Positions 22,292 to 39,206 of a stretch of DNA of 64,000 nt are shown here, one piece after another (positions within the stretch are counted from its first letter, which is position 1; each line of letters starts with the position of its first letter). This DNA comes from Vicugna vicugna (lineage: Eukaryota), in the NCBI GenBank assembly GCA_013265495.1, contig MU059902.1:3245862-3309861 (forward strand). Direction: 5' to 3'. The notes beneath the pieces were generated by a model. It did not search any database. It was not told where the DNA came from and worked only from the letters and a program-made list of their open reading frames with translations. The position numbers were made by a program, and so were the translations under genes.

Positions 22292-24739
22292 GCTACTGTT
22301 TGGCTGGACCCTGGTCCTGGGTGGTTTGTCTTGGGGGACTGCTCCCTACCCGGGCCTGGGATGTGGGGGCTAGGGGCCCCCACGGGGCCCCCCACCTTCC
22401 TGGGGGCCACCCTCCCACCCCTGCCCCTCGGGGTGCCTGTACCTCGTGCACCCAGAACCCCAGGCACCACAGCACCCACTCGTGTTGGCCCCTTCTCCCC
22501 ATCCCAGCCCCAAACCCCCGCCGGGGCCCTGGTCCCATGTCCTGGCCCCATGTCCTGGCTCTGAGGCCCCACCCAGTGCCCCACGTGCTGTCGGGCTGGT
22601 GCAGGATGTCAGCTCAGAGCCTGCGTGGCCTTCCTGTGGTGGGGGGCTGGGGTGCTTGTGAGGACTCAGGGAGTGAGGGGCAGAGAGCTGAACTTAACCT
22701 GGCCCGGAGCACAGCCTGGTGCGTGAGAAAACCCTGCCCCAGGCCCAGCCTCTTCTCAGTAGAGGCCTTGGCCCTTGGGAGCAAGAGGCAGGGATTCTGT
22801 TGGATGAAGCCTTCCCAGCTGGTGTCAGGGCCTCTGTGCCTGACCTGGGAGCCCCAGCCACTCGGGCAGGGGGTTATTGGGAAGCCTTGTGGGGTAGGGG
22901 GCTGAGGGGCTGTGTGTGCATGTGGTCCTGCAGCCTCAGGGCAGATAAGCTGCCAAGGCAGGGGCCAGCCCCCCATACCCACCCATGGTTGAGACCTCTC
23001 CACCAAGCACTCCCAGTGGTAACGCCTGGGAGAACGGTCCTGACTCGGGTTCATCTCCAAAGCCTGGAGATGAGACTGGTCGCCAACAGCTGCAGCTGCA
23101 CACAGGCTCCCTCGGGCCCAAGAGAGAACTCAGCTCCAGATGTGCAGAAACCCCCGCCAAGACCTTCAGAATCCATCTTGGGCCCCAGTCCCGGCTGACG
23201 GGGTTATTTCCTGCCTGGGAGCCAGGGGAGGGAACACGCTCACCACAGGAGGCCACAGCAACCCTACCCTGTCCCTTGGCCCCCTGGAGGCTGCCTCAGC
23301 CTCCCCAGCTCCACCCATACCCTGTGCCAACTTACTGAAGGTAGAGTGGTGGCCTGGGGGAGTGATAGGGAGGCCTGCCCTGCAGGGCAAGCAGAGCGCC
23401 CAGCCCAGGCCAGCCAAACCTTGATCTGAGAAACCAGAGTTGGCCATGCAAGCCCCATAGTGCATGAGCCCCGAGGTTCCCCAAGGCAGCCATCAAAAGC
23501 TCATCTCCCACCTGCTCCCCAGAGCCAGCAAAGCCAGAGGCAGGGGCACTAGTACAGGCGGCAGTGGTGAGCAGGATTGGTGGAGATGCACTTGGGGCCA
23601 CAGGCGTGGGGCAAGCTGCCCTCTGCCCTCCCTGGGTGGGAGGCTGGCCCAAGGCTCTTGGTAGCTGGATTGCCTGTTTGCCTTAGAAATGCCACACCTG
23701 ACCACCAGCCACCCTGTGCCAGCCTCCCACTGCTGGTGGCCTATTTATAACCACGGCCACCTGGGCAGGGGGCTAGCCTGTCCACAGAGGGCTCACTAGG
23801 GGCCCTGACCACCCAGAAGCCACACATGGGGAGTGCATGGCCAGGGCTCCCCATTCAGCAGCCTCATTTCATTACGGAGCCTTTACACCTTCACTGTTGC
23901 CTCAAGTCTTGACCCTAAGGCTTACTCTGGGTCTCCTAAAAGCTGTTTCTGGGGTGCGGGGATGGTGTGGGTGAGTGCAGGAGCCAGGCTACGGAGTGTG
24001 CGGGCAGCACTGGCTGCCTTTGGTTGAGTCTGGTCCTGGGCAGGAGCCCCCGTTCCTCTGACATAGGGCGAACCACTCATGGATGCTTCCCAGACACACG
24101 TCAGGACAGTGCCATGCTGGGCAGCCCAGAGTGACTCCAGAGGCCTTTTGTCTAGGGGGTGTGTGGTCACTGGCTCCCTAGAAGAGACAGGCAGAATCTT
24201 CTGCTTGGATGCAAGGCCAAGATGCCAGCGGCCACTCTTGTGACTTGGGTTTCCAGAGACCCCCATCAAGGGGACTAGTAGGTTTCCCCACCTAGCCTAT
24301 AGGTGACACCCTCTGCCCCTCTAAGAGTGCTCAGTGGAGGGGGAACTCCTGAGGGAGGGAAGAGAGAGGGTGGGGGCATCAGTTTGCTGGTGGTCGTGGT
24401 CTCAGCTTCACAGATAACATTTCTGAACCCAAGGTGAGGAGGGGCAACCACTCGGCAGCCCAGTGGTCCGTTCACTTGATTCCCTCAGTGGACCCTCAAG
24501 GTCCGAGGGCAAGTCTGAATCTTTATTTGGCCCAACCTCACCACTCCCTGCCCGGGCCCCCACCCCTGGACGACTCCCCAGTTCCTAGAAGCCGCTAGTC
24601 CTCAGGCTCTCCTGTCCTCTCCACGCCCAGCCCCTATTGTTCACCTTAGATGTGGCTTCCTTCGGGAAGGCCTCCCTAAGCCCCCAGTCCGTGGCCCTAG
24701 GTTCCCACTGTCCATTCCTGCCCCAGGCCCCCTCGGCCT

Positions 24740-26060
24740 AGGTCTTCCCCAGGAGGCTCGCCGGCGGCATCCGGAGTGTGGACAGACCCAAGGCGGCAGC
24801 AAGACGGAAGCCCAGCCCATGCGTGGAGGGAGGCGCTGCCCCCGCAGGGGGCTTCGGCTAGGCGGCGCGAGAAGGGAGGGCGCGCCTACGCGGGTGCGAG
24901 AGAGACAGCGGACTGACAAGCGCACGGACAGACAGACAGACAGACGCGGCGGGCCGCGCCTCCGAGGGGCGGGGGCGGGGCGGTCCGAGGGGCGGTGCGG
25001 AGGCGCCCGCGGAGGCATGCGCCCTGCTCCGCCCCCCGCCCCCGGCCGCCGAGCGCAGCCAGCCGAGCGGCGGGAGCCGAGCGCCGCGGCGGCAGCGGCG
25101 CGAGGGGAGGGAGGGAGGGGCGGCGGGGCCGAGCCGAGCCGAGCCGAGAGGGACGCGCCGGCCACGGGCGCCCGCCACCAGGATGCCCCGGCCCGCGGGC
25201 CGCTCCGCCGCCGGCCACCCCCGCGGCCCCTGGCAGCCCGCGCTCGGCTCCGGGGCGCGGGAGCTGCAGCCGGAGCCGGAGGCGGGAGCAGCGAGCTGGA
25301 GCCCCGGGCTCCCGAATGCAGGGTGAGCGCCGCCGCCCTGGCCCGATGGCGGCCGGACAGGAGGACCCCGGGCAGGGGACCCCGAGCGGGAGGACTCGGC
25401 GGGGAGCTACTGTCCGCGGTGGGTCGGTCACAGGGTCTGTCCTTTGGCCGCGGGCACCGCTTAGGATTGCGCATCCCCCCAACTTGGAGACCTTCGGGTA
25501 ACTTCCCCACGGTCGGCCCCTTCTTCTGGGCCTGACAGCGCCGCCCCCAGGGACTTTGCTTGCAGGAGGCGAGGATGGCGGGTCTGGAGGTCCCAGGCCC
25601 ACCCCTGCCCAGCGTAACTTGAGGGGCGTCCGGGACCGCAGTCCCGTCAGCATCCGCTCCCGGCCGTCGCTTGGACGCGCCCTCGGGGCTGGGCAGGTCT
25701 GGAGGCCCCACTGGGTGGGACCAGTAGGCAGGGGTGCGCCGGGTCGGGCGGAGGATTAGAGGACGGAGGAACCGGGACCGCGAGGGTGGGGGCGGGCGTG
25801 GCGGGCAGGGGGCGTGGCGGGGATGTGGCGACTCCGCGCTGGGAGCTCCGCCCTGGGCGGCGGCCGAGCCGGGCCCTGCGGGACCGATGGACAGCAGCGC
25901 GGGCGGAGAGCAGCCTGGGGGCAGCAGCCAGAGCCCGGGAATCCTTTCAAGTTCTGGGTTCTCTTTGTTGCGCAATAGAGCCCTGGGGCTATGCGGCCTC
26001 ATTGGCCCGGGGCCGTGACGTCACGCCTGGGCCCCGCCCGCAGACCCTGCGGAGGGAGTC
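24740..26060 (+). promoter_or_regulatory. GPR153: CpG island / GPR153 promoter and non-coding exon 1 (ends 25322, donor gtgagc)
   Basis: Very high CpG density with GC boxes. Donor 'cagg|gtgagc' at 25322/25323, paired with the exon 2 acceptor 'ccgcag|' at 29116/29117. TSS not determinable from sequence. Confidence 0.8.
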
Positions 26061-27354
26061 TTCTGGGTCCGGTGGGTTCCAGGCGTGTCACACCAGCAGC
26101 CTGCCCTGCCATGTTCTGGGGGGAGAGGGAGGGAAGGGAGGGTGTCCGGAATCCAAGGGGAGGAGGAAGTTCCACCTGAAATGCTGCGGGGACTCCTTGA
26201 GTGTGATTCGGGGAAAACTTCCCAGCAGGGGGCGGCAACACCCTGCTTGCCCGGCTTCTGGCCCCTGGTGTCCCCTGCTCCCTGTGAAGAATGAACAGAA
26301 GGTGTGTGATCAGTGGGTCACTGGTCACCAGCCTGGAGGAAGGAGGACTCTGTTCCCACCTCACTCTGCATTTGGAGACCTTGCTATCCATCAGTGACAT
26401 GCCTCCCCCATGCCGGGACCACCAGCTCATGAATCCACCAACCCAGCTCTCATACCTCTTCCCAGTGTTCCTCTGGGCTCTGAACCTCAGTGTCCCCATG
26501 TACAGTGTGGGAACAGCAGGACCTGTCCTGCAGGGGTAGGAGGCTCAGGACAATCTCAGCTTGTGGAACCAAAAAAAAAAAAAAAACAGCCTAGTTTCCA
26601 AGCATTTTAATGTTTGAGAGGCCAGGATTTTGATATCAGGTAAGCGGAGTTCAGATCCTGGCTCAGGTGCACAATAGCTTGGGCAAATTGTTTTACCTCT
26701 GCTTAACCATCTTTGAAATGGGAATGATGACAGTCCTTCAGAGAAGACCACTGGGGTTCTAACTGAGAGGAGTGTGCCTCTTTGAAGGAGGATGCTTCCT
26801 GCCTCCACCCGTACGGCACATTCTCCTCTCTGCAGACCTAGCGCCTTTAGATACAGGGAGACAATGTTAGGCTAGACTTCGGCTAAACTTGGGGAAGAAC
26901 TGGCACCATGAGAGGGTGAGCCAGTGGCTGTACCAGTGAGCAACAGGTGGGCAAGGTGGACTGGACTGGGCCCAGGGTCACAGGTGTCAGACAGCCTGCT
27001 TCATCTGAGGGAAGACCTCCCAATCTGGCAGGAAGAAACAGATGCCATCCCCCCCAGGTGCATGCTGAATCCAGTTTCTATGTGATAAAGATCACTGGCG
27101 TCTGCAGCCTCTGGCCCACAGCAGCACACACACACTGCCTGCCCTTGACCCCTGGTAGGCTGCAAGGCACCCCACCTGGCTAGAGGCAGCCCTGTGGCGG
27201 CCTCCTCACCCTCAAAGCTGAGCTGTCCCAGGTTCTGGTTGGGGTGACTCTGCATCTGCCTGCAGGTCTGAGGCTCACGCACACCTCCAAGCTCAGGGTC
27301 TTGGCCCTTAAGAGACAGCCTAGCTTGGTGAGCAGGGAGGTCTTTAGAACAGAT

Positions 27355-27530
27355 ATCTGTGTGGCAGGCATTTATTGAGCACTTACTGTATGCCCGACTC
27401 CATTCTAAGCACTATCCCTGGCATAGCTTACTGCCTACCCACACGCTTACAGATGAGGAAACTGAGGCCCCGCTGAGTCATGTAACTGGCTGGGGGTTAG
27501 TGATGGAGTCTAACAGCTCTTTATCCGACA
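27355..27530 (+). mobile_element. MIR SINE
   Basis: 'catttattgagcacttactgtatgcc...cagatgaggaaactgaggcc' is the MIR consensus core. Confidence 0.75.
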
Positions 27531-29183
27531 TCAGTAGTCTCTGCATGCTGAGCTCAAGGAGGTTTGCTGGACACCAGAATGGCTGGTGGAGGGTCCAGTG
27601 GGGCCACCTCACCCCCACTGTGGGTCTGGGGTTGGGAGGGGGAGCCACTCTGTAAGCAGAAACCCATGTTTGGGAAGGAAGTTCCCTGGCCCCAGAAGTC
27701 CCCCCCCCAAAAAAAGGCCCTTTTGGGCACTGGTGTGGTAAAGAATAGACTCTTCCTCTGGGTTAGGGGTCTGGGACGGCCCACGGCAGGGGCACAGAGA
27801 TGGAAGAGACACATCCTCAGAGGTCCTTTGGTGTCCACAGGGGTCAGGCCACAGGCCAAAGGAACTCTAGACAAGAGAAGCAGGGGTGCCTGGCAGCAGG
27901 CCCCTGGGGGATCAGTGGCTGTGTGTGGTACACTAGATGTGCCCGTGTGTTGAGGGCACGAGAATTGCAACCAGTGAGTTGAAACAGGCTGGTGGGTGAG
28001 AAGGGCCAGTGTAGGCCAGATACACAGCAGATCTGCACTTAGCCTTATACTTCTCTGCACTGCCTGCTCCAGGCTGAGGCCAGAGGGCCTACTGTGGATG
28101 GCTTCCCATCAGAGGGACCAGCCAGTGCTCTGCACAGGGAGGTGCTTCGCTGGGAAGGAGGACTCACCGTCTGGCCCACTGGCAGATAGAGCAGCCCCCC
28201 AACACGCACCTCCTGCCTAGCATCCTGTGCCCCTGGTTCATAGCCACAGGCTGTCCTTGGGGGCAAGTTCTGGTCTCTGGGCCATCTACAGTCCCACGCT
28301 GCCCAAGGCATCCAGAGCACCCACTGTGTGTGGGACCTGGCCTGCCGCAGACTTTAGGATGTGGCATCTGTCCACCCCAGCCTCCCCTGGAGGAGGCACC
28401 ATTGTCCCTGTTTCAGAGGAAGACATGGATGCCAGGACTTTTCTGGGCCACATGGCTAGGATGCTGGAGTTTAGAGTGAAGCCCAGCCAAGGGTAGCACC
28501 AGGGCCTGTCCGGGGTGCCCAGCCAGGGAGGCCTGCTGGGGGCTGAGCCGGGTGAAGCAGGCTGTCCCTTTCCAGGGTGGGCAGGAAAGCAGCCATCAGA
28601 TCACCCCTTCTTCACAGAGGAGGTTTAGGGGGCTCATCCTCCAGACATGTGCTCCAAAATTTCTCCAGATGAAGTGGGATAAAGTAAGGTGAGGGGCCCC
28701 AGCGTGCACTGGCGGAGCCTTGTGTGGGCCTTAGGGGCGTGTGGGAGGTTTGATGGTGAGAGGGCTGGTTCTGGGACAGGGCACAGTGCCTATCTAGGCC
28801 CAGCCTGGCTGCTTCGCTGAAGATGTGGGTGGCCTGGAAGGGAGCCTAGATGCCATACCTTGACCAGGAGTGGGTGGAAGTGAGGGAGTGTACACTCATT
28901 GAGCACCTCTGTATACGTCCCTCGGGAGCTGGGGATTTAGGCAAGAGGTCCCAGAGAGTGGAGAGGAGAGCAAAGCAGCCCAGCCCAAGCCAGGACCAGG
29001 GAGGTAATGGTGCACTGGGAGACGCCCTCTGTCTCCCACTCCTGGGAGCCCCAAAAGCTCCAATGCCACAGCCAGGGGAGAGTCACTGAGAGCTCTGTGG
29101 CTTCCCCCCACCGCAGATGCTCATGGTCCCTGGTGTCCCCGGGCTACCACGTGTGAGGGCTGCTGCTCTGAGGCCTGGCTTAA

Positions 29184-34137
<4,954 letters not shown>

Positions 34138-36129
34138 GGCTTGCCTGTTCCTCCCTAGATCGCCAGGCTGGCCGGACCGCCCGCGGGGCCAAAGCACCAA
34201 AGATGCCACCCTGGCCCGGCCGTGCCCTGGGCAGTCTGCGCTGAGCCCGCCAAATGCGCCCGGGCGTGCCAGCCCTCCTAAGGCGACAGGGCAACGGCTC
34301 TCTGCCAGCCCTGGTAAGTGGCCATTGCCTAGAGGGACGACAGCTGCCCTGGACGACCACACTGGGCACGGACCAGCCGCTGGGCAGGGCATTCCGGAGC
34401 AGAGTGAGGCTGGGGCTTGGGGAAAGGCGGGCTCTGCACGGGGCAGCTGGGCGGGGAGTGGGGTGTGGGGAGCCCAGGGACAGGGCTACCACTGGATGGA
34501 ACAAAAGCCCAGCCCTGCAGAAGCCACCAGATTGCACCCACCTTTCCACTCTGCACTGTAATTGTCACACCTCAGGGGGTGGGGTACGGAGGGTCTCTAA
34601 GCACAGGGGTCTTCAGAGCCCCAACCAAGTTCTCTGAGCAGGTCTCCCGGCTGACCTGTTCTGCCTCGGTTTACCCATCCATGATGAGCAGGTGACCATG
34701 TTAACTCTCAGGACTGTTTGAACAAGTCTCCTAGTCTGTGTGCCCTAGCCACTGCGTGGACAGGGAATGAGAGAGAGTCTCGGGCTCTTCATGGGTCCTT
34801 TGTAGGGGCCAGTCTTCAGTGTGTGGCCCCCAAGCCTGAGGCCTCCCACGCTTAGTGTCCCTGGCCCCCTTGGGAACTCTCCCCACCCCCAGCTAAAGCA
34901 CAACACTCCTGCACCATCACCGTTGGCACCACACCCACCGTGACCACTATTAGTGTCCTCACCCTCATCACTGCCTTCATTGCCTATGCCCACCATGTCA
35001 GCCACCTCTGTGACTCCCACCATGAAGATCGTGGGTACACAGTGGAAAGGATTGACGCAAAGGGGAAGTGGGCTTCCTTTTCTTGGTGCCCATCCCCAAC
35101 CTGTACAGGTCTGGCCAGAAGGGATCTTGGCTTAGAGGCCTTCCAGATTCTGAGTTTAGGGCCCAGTACCTGGTGAGCACCTTCCTCCACCCTGGGGCAG
35201 GGCTCCTTGTTGCTCTCCATCCTGGGCAGACCTTTGGCAGGCCTGAGCTTGGCCATGGGCCTAGGGAGGGCCTGCTGGCTCTTCCATGGAGAAAACCCTA
35301 GATTCAGGCTAAGGAGAAGCGCAGGAACAGCTGTGACCTTGAGCTGGATGGATGAGTGAATGCAAAGGCTGTTGACGGTCTCATCCTGTTTCCTGCCTCC
35401 ATGCAGTGGCCTCTACACATGGAGACCTGGAATGGGTTCCAGGGTCGGCAAGGAGCTGGCCTACACCCTCTTCCCTCCTGCTCTGCAATCTGGAATTGCA
35501 GCACTGCCTCTGCGCCTCAGGTGGCCAAGCCTGGCTCCTCACCTTCCAGTTTCCCAGCTCCAGGGAAGCCTCTGGGAGTGGGGAGGATGGGGGGGGCCTG
35601 CCCAGCTCTGTCTCAGCTTCAGAGTCCCCTTCAGTCTGGTTGTGGGGTATCTTACGGAGGATGAACTGGCCACAGGGGAGTAAGGCAGGGGCTCCAATCC
35701 AGCCTCAGCCGTAGGAGGCCTATCTCGCCAATGCTGCTGTGCCTTCAAGGACCGACATGTCACGTGGGGGCAGAGGTCACCAGTTAGCCACTGCCCCCCT
35801 GCATCAGGCTGGCCAATTTGTCACCTTGGGTTTTCACTGTATATTTCATATCCAACGGCAATACTTGCAGGGAGGCCTGGTCCCCTGAAGTCCCTCCAGT
35901 CCTGGTTTTTACAAAATTAAAAAGGAGGGAGGACTCCATGTGGGGGACCCCGTAGCCTGGATCTCCCTCACTTTGTCCAGCCTCCAGGCCTGTTTGCTGC
36001 CTTGGTAAGCAGCTTGACCCTGGGTTCATGGGGGAGGGAGCTCTGTCTTCATACCACCACCCAGCCCAGAGCCAGGGATCCGTTTGTAGTTTTTTTGACA
36101 ACTGAGCATTTCTCTTCTGTACAGAATCC

Positions 36130-36135
36130 AATAAA
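36130..36135 (+). terminator. GPR153: GPR153 polyadenylation signal AATAAA (3' UTR about 2 kb)
   Basis: First canonical hexamer I found after the stop. It follows a T-rich 3'UTR-like tract. Confidence 0.75.
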
Positions 36136-36565
36136 AACTTCCTGTGATTTGCACCAGGTAATCCCAGGCTCGTTTCATGGAAACACCTCTCTAGAGCCTA
36201 ACAGCACGCTGGCCGGCTACCCCCATACATATCTCCTTCTGGGTTCTGAATGACTCCTCCATGCGCCCTTCCTTTGGGTCTGATTTGCTCCCTTTTCTAC
36301 GCAAATCCTGCGACCCCACCCAGCGTGTGAGACAGGCTTGGAGCACTGGCAGGATGGGGTGGTGGGATGGGCTCTACAGCCCTAATAGAGGAAGGAGACG
36401 ACCTAAGGGTTCCCTAGCCCCTGTGAGGTTGATTCTGGAGGTGAGAAGAGCAGAGCAGTTGCAGCCGGGCCTCGCGGCGGGAGTGGCGTACCCGTAGTGC
36501 AGGGTGACCCGCCCACCCACTGGGGCTGGAATTTGGAGGGCGCGCCCTGGGTCCGCGCTGCAAGA

Positions 36566-36582
36566 TCGCCACCTGGTGGCCA
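36566..36582 (-). promoter_or_regulatory. Candidate CTCF site
   Basis: Minus strand reads TGGCCACCAGGTGGCGA, a close match to the CTCF core consensus. It lies between the 3' ends of GPR153 and HES3. Confidence 0.6.
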
Positions 36583-37942
36583 GAAGGAGGATTAGTGCCG
36601 GGAAGCTGAGACCTGGGACCTCCGCTGGGGGGACCCGCTCCCCAGCGTGGCAGAGCCCGCTGGGTTGGGTAGGGGAGCAAGGCTTTCCTCTCCCCGGGGT
36701 ACGACTAGGACGAGTTTAGCACACGGCAAGGTAGGGGCAGCCCAAAACGAGAAATGTTTCATATGAAGTTGATATTTGTAGTTCAGAAAGATTTACCTAA
36801 GCTGGCATTATGAGAGAAATGAGAACTTTCGTGGCATCTTTATACCCATTTCACAAGTTCGCACTCTTTATTCTTAACTTCAAGCTGGAAGAGGAGGTGC
36901 TGGGATCTCTTCGTAGGCTCAGCGCAGGATTCCTGTCCTCGACCCCCAGGCTGCCCCTTGCAGGCCGAGACTCCGAGACCCTCAAGTTAGACTCCGAGCA
37001 ATGACCTCATTTTCTGACGAATAAACCGTCGCAGAGCGCACCAAGAGCTGTCAAGGGTGGTGGGGTCCCTGGGGGCCCCAAAGTTCAGGAGGCGGAGACT
37101 GCGGGGCAGGGGAAGGGACCGGGCTGCCTGAGGCCGGGCTGCGGGCAGGGGGCCTTTTCCGAGGGGAAAGGAGTGAGCTCTCCCTTGAGAGGAGCTGGGG
37201 TTTGCTCTAGCAAATCTCAAGCTGGTAGACGGTTCGCGGGCTTCCCACCAGGAGCCGCGCAGGGCGGGGCGTCGGGTGGCCGGGGCGGTGGGCGGAGCAT
37301 CTCACAGGGCGGGGCTGGAGCGCTGAGCTGGCCTCAGGGCAGGAGCGCTAGGGAGGGGGTTTCAGAGAGGGGTTGGATTCGGAGCGCGCGCCAGCGGGTG
37401 GGCCGCACAGCGTGCAGAGGGGGTGGGGATCCGTGGAAGCCGAGGGTGGGGCTGGGGGTCCCTCGCCGGCGGGGCGGGGCCTGGCGCGCTTTGTGCCGGT
37501 GGGAACTGGGCGTCCCAGGACGGCTGAATGGGCTGGGGCGGGGCAGTAATTCTCCTCGCTGCGAGGGGTCCGCTCTGCGCCGCTGCCGACGGCGACCTTC
37601 CCACCGCGCCGCGGCCGCGGGGCGGGAGCGGGCTGCCCTCCAGGGGCCCTGGGAAAGGAGCGCAGCCCGGGACAGCCCCTCCCCGCCCCACTAGAGGCTG
37701 GGAGGAGAAAGTGGGTCCAGCCTAAGTGGGTAGGGTTGGGGCGGGGGTGGGTTATGTCTAGACGAATAGAACCCGGTGCAACTGTGGCTTCGTGTATTTC
37801 CCCGAGTTCGCGGATACGCGGCACGCTCCAGGTCACCCCGTCCCAGGAACAGAGCCGATGACTAGGGTTCTGGCGTTCAAAATAGTCTTTGCGTTCCCAG
37901 GCCAGACGAGGGCCCCCTTGAGTCCCAGGCTGCGCCTAGGCC

Positions 37943-39141
37943 TCACCAGGGCCGCCACAAGCGCAGCTCCGGCCCCGGGCTGTCGGCGAAGCGACGAGAC
38001 GCCGACTGCGGCGCTGGGACGCTGGTGGACGGGCTGGGAAGACCTCCAGAGAAGAGAAGCCGGGGTGGCGGCGACCGCGAGCCGCCGGCGGCGGGAACGG
38101 GGACCCAAACCGCGGAGGCGCAGGGGCCTCGCCTGCCTGGCGCCTCAGGGCCGGAGCTGGCGCTGTCCATGGTGCTGCCACCCGCGCGCTCGTGCACCAG
38201 GGGGCAGCGCAGGCCGCCGCAGCCCTCCTCTCCGCGCCTCAAAAGCTGGCTAACGCCGGGCAGACAGCCGCGGAAGCCCGACGGGTATTCGGCTCCGCTG
38301 GGGACCGGCCAGAGCCCTAGGGGGAGGGGAGCGGACAAAAGAAATGTGGAAAGGAGGGGAGAACAGGGGAGAGGAGGAAGAAAGATGTAAAGAGGAGAGA
38401 GAAAAAGGGAGGGGAGAAGTGTGCAGCGGAGGGGAGGGAAGAAAAGGGAAGGGAGGCAACTCGAAAATCCCCTCGGAGTCCAGACCTTCGCCCACACGAT
38501 TACAACTTCACAGCCAGCCAGGCCTTTGCTGCCTCTCCACTTAGAACGATCTGGGGCCCCTTCTTCACTTAGTTGCCCACTGCCCTGAGCTTTCCTCTCC
38601 ATTCATCCCTCCTTCATCTGGCTTCGTAGAATGCATGGCTCTGATCCCACAATTTCCCACACATACATACACACTCGCTCCTCGCCCCACCCCAGGCTCC
38701 CCCGGTCTACCTTGCACCGAGTTCTGAAGGCTTTTCATGTACTTGACGCTGAGCTCCAGTATATCTGCCTTCTCCAACTTGCGTTTCCGGATCTACAGAT
38801 CCGTGGAAAAGGCTTATAGCACAGCAGCCCAGGTTCCAGGGGATGAGGCTGGGGATCGTATCACCGCCTACCTCCACCACATCCCCGTGTCTCACCTGGT
38901 GCGAATAGTGTTTCTCTAACAATGATTTGAGTTGCTCCAGAGACACATTAATGCGCGCCCGTCGCTTCTTCTCCATCAGCGGCTTGGAGATCTGTGAATG
39001 AGTGGCAGTAAGAGAGTTGGGTCTCAGCCCTCTTGCCCTCTGCCCCCCACCGCCACCCCCGCATCCCTCGGGGCCCCAGACCTTGCGGAAGTTGCCAGCG
39101 GGGCCGCCAGAGCTGCCCTGGGTCTCGAGCTCAGTGCCCAT
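37943..39141 (-). CDS. HES3: HES family bHLH transcription factor 3, long (Hes3b-type) form 203 aa: complement(join(37943..38316,38711..38792,38896..38991,39082..39141)); short form starts at ATG 38976 (178 aa)
   Basis: MGTELETQGSSGGPAGNFRK|ISKPLMEKKRRARINVSLEQLKSLLEKHYSHQ|IRKRKLEKADILELSVKYMKSLQNSVQG|LWPVPSG...LRLWRPW*. Hairy-type bHLH plus WRPW. All introns are GT-AG and frame-consistent. Confidence 0.95.
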
Positions 39142-39177
39142 GTTGTCGTAACTGAGCCAGCCAGAGGCGGTGCTGCC

Positions 39178-39206
39178 TTTATAGGACCCTCGTTTACATA
39201 TCAATG
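39178..39206 (-). promoter_or_regulatory. HES3: HES3 proximal promoter: TATAAA (39178-39183) and Sox-Oct-like composite (39192-39206)
   Basis: TATAAA lies about 40 nt upstream of ATG 39141 on the minus strand. CATTGATATGTAAAC lies just upstream of it. Confidence 0.6.

Noticed and set aside
24641-26002. 453-aa minus-strand ORF and other long ORFs over the GPR153 CpG island
   Set aside because: Low-complexity Pro/Arg/Ala/Gly translation, open in several frames. This is the expected stop-codon depletion in very GC-rich DNA.
36867-36872. Minus-strand AATAAA as the HES3 poly(A) signal
   Set aside because: It is about 1.1 kb past the stop, beyond a CpG-rich tract, and cannot be assigned without 3'-end data.
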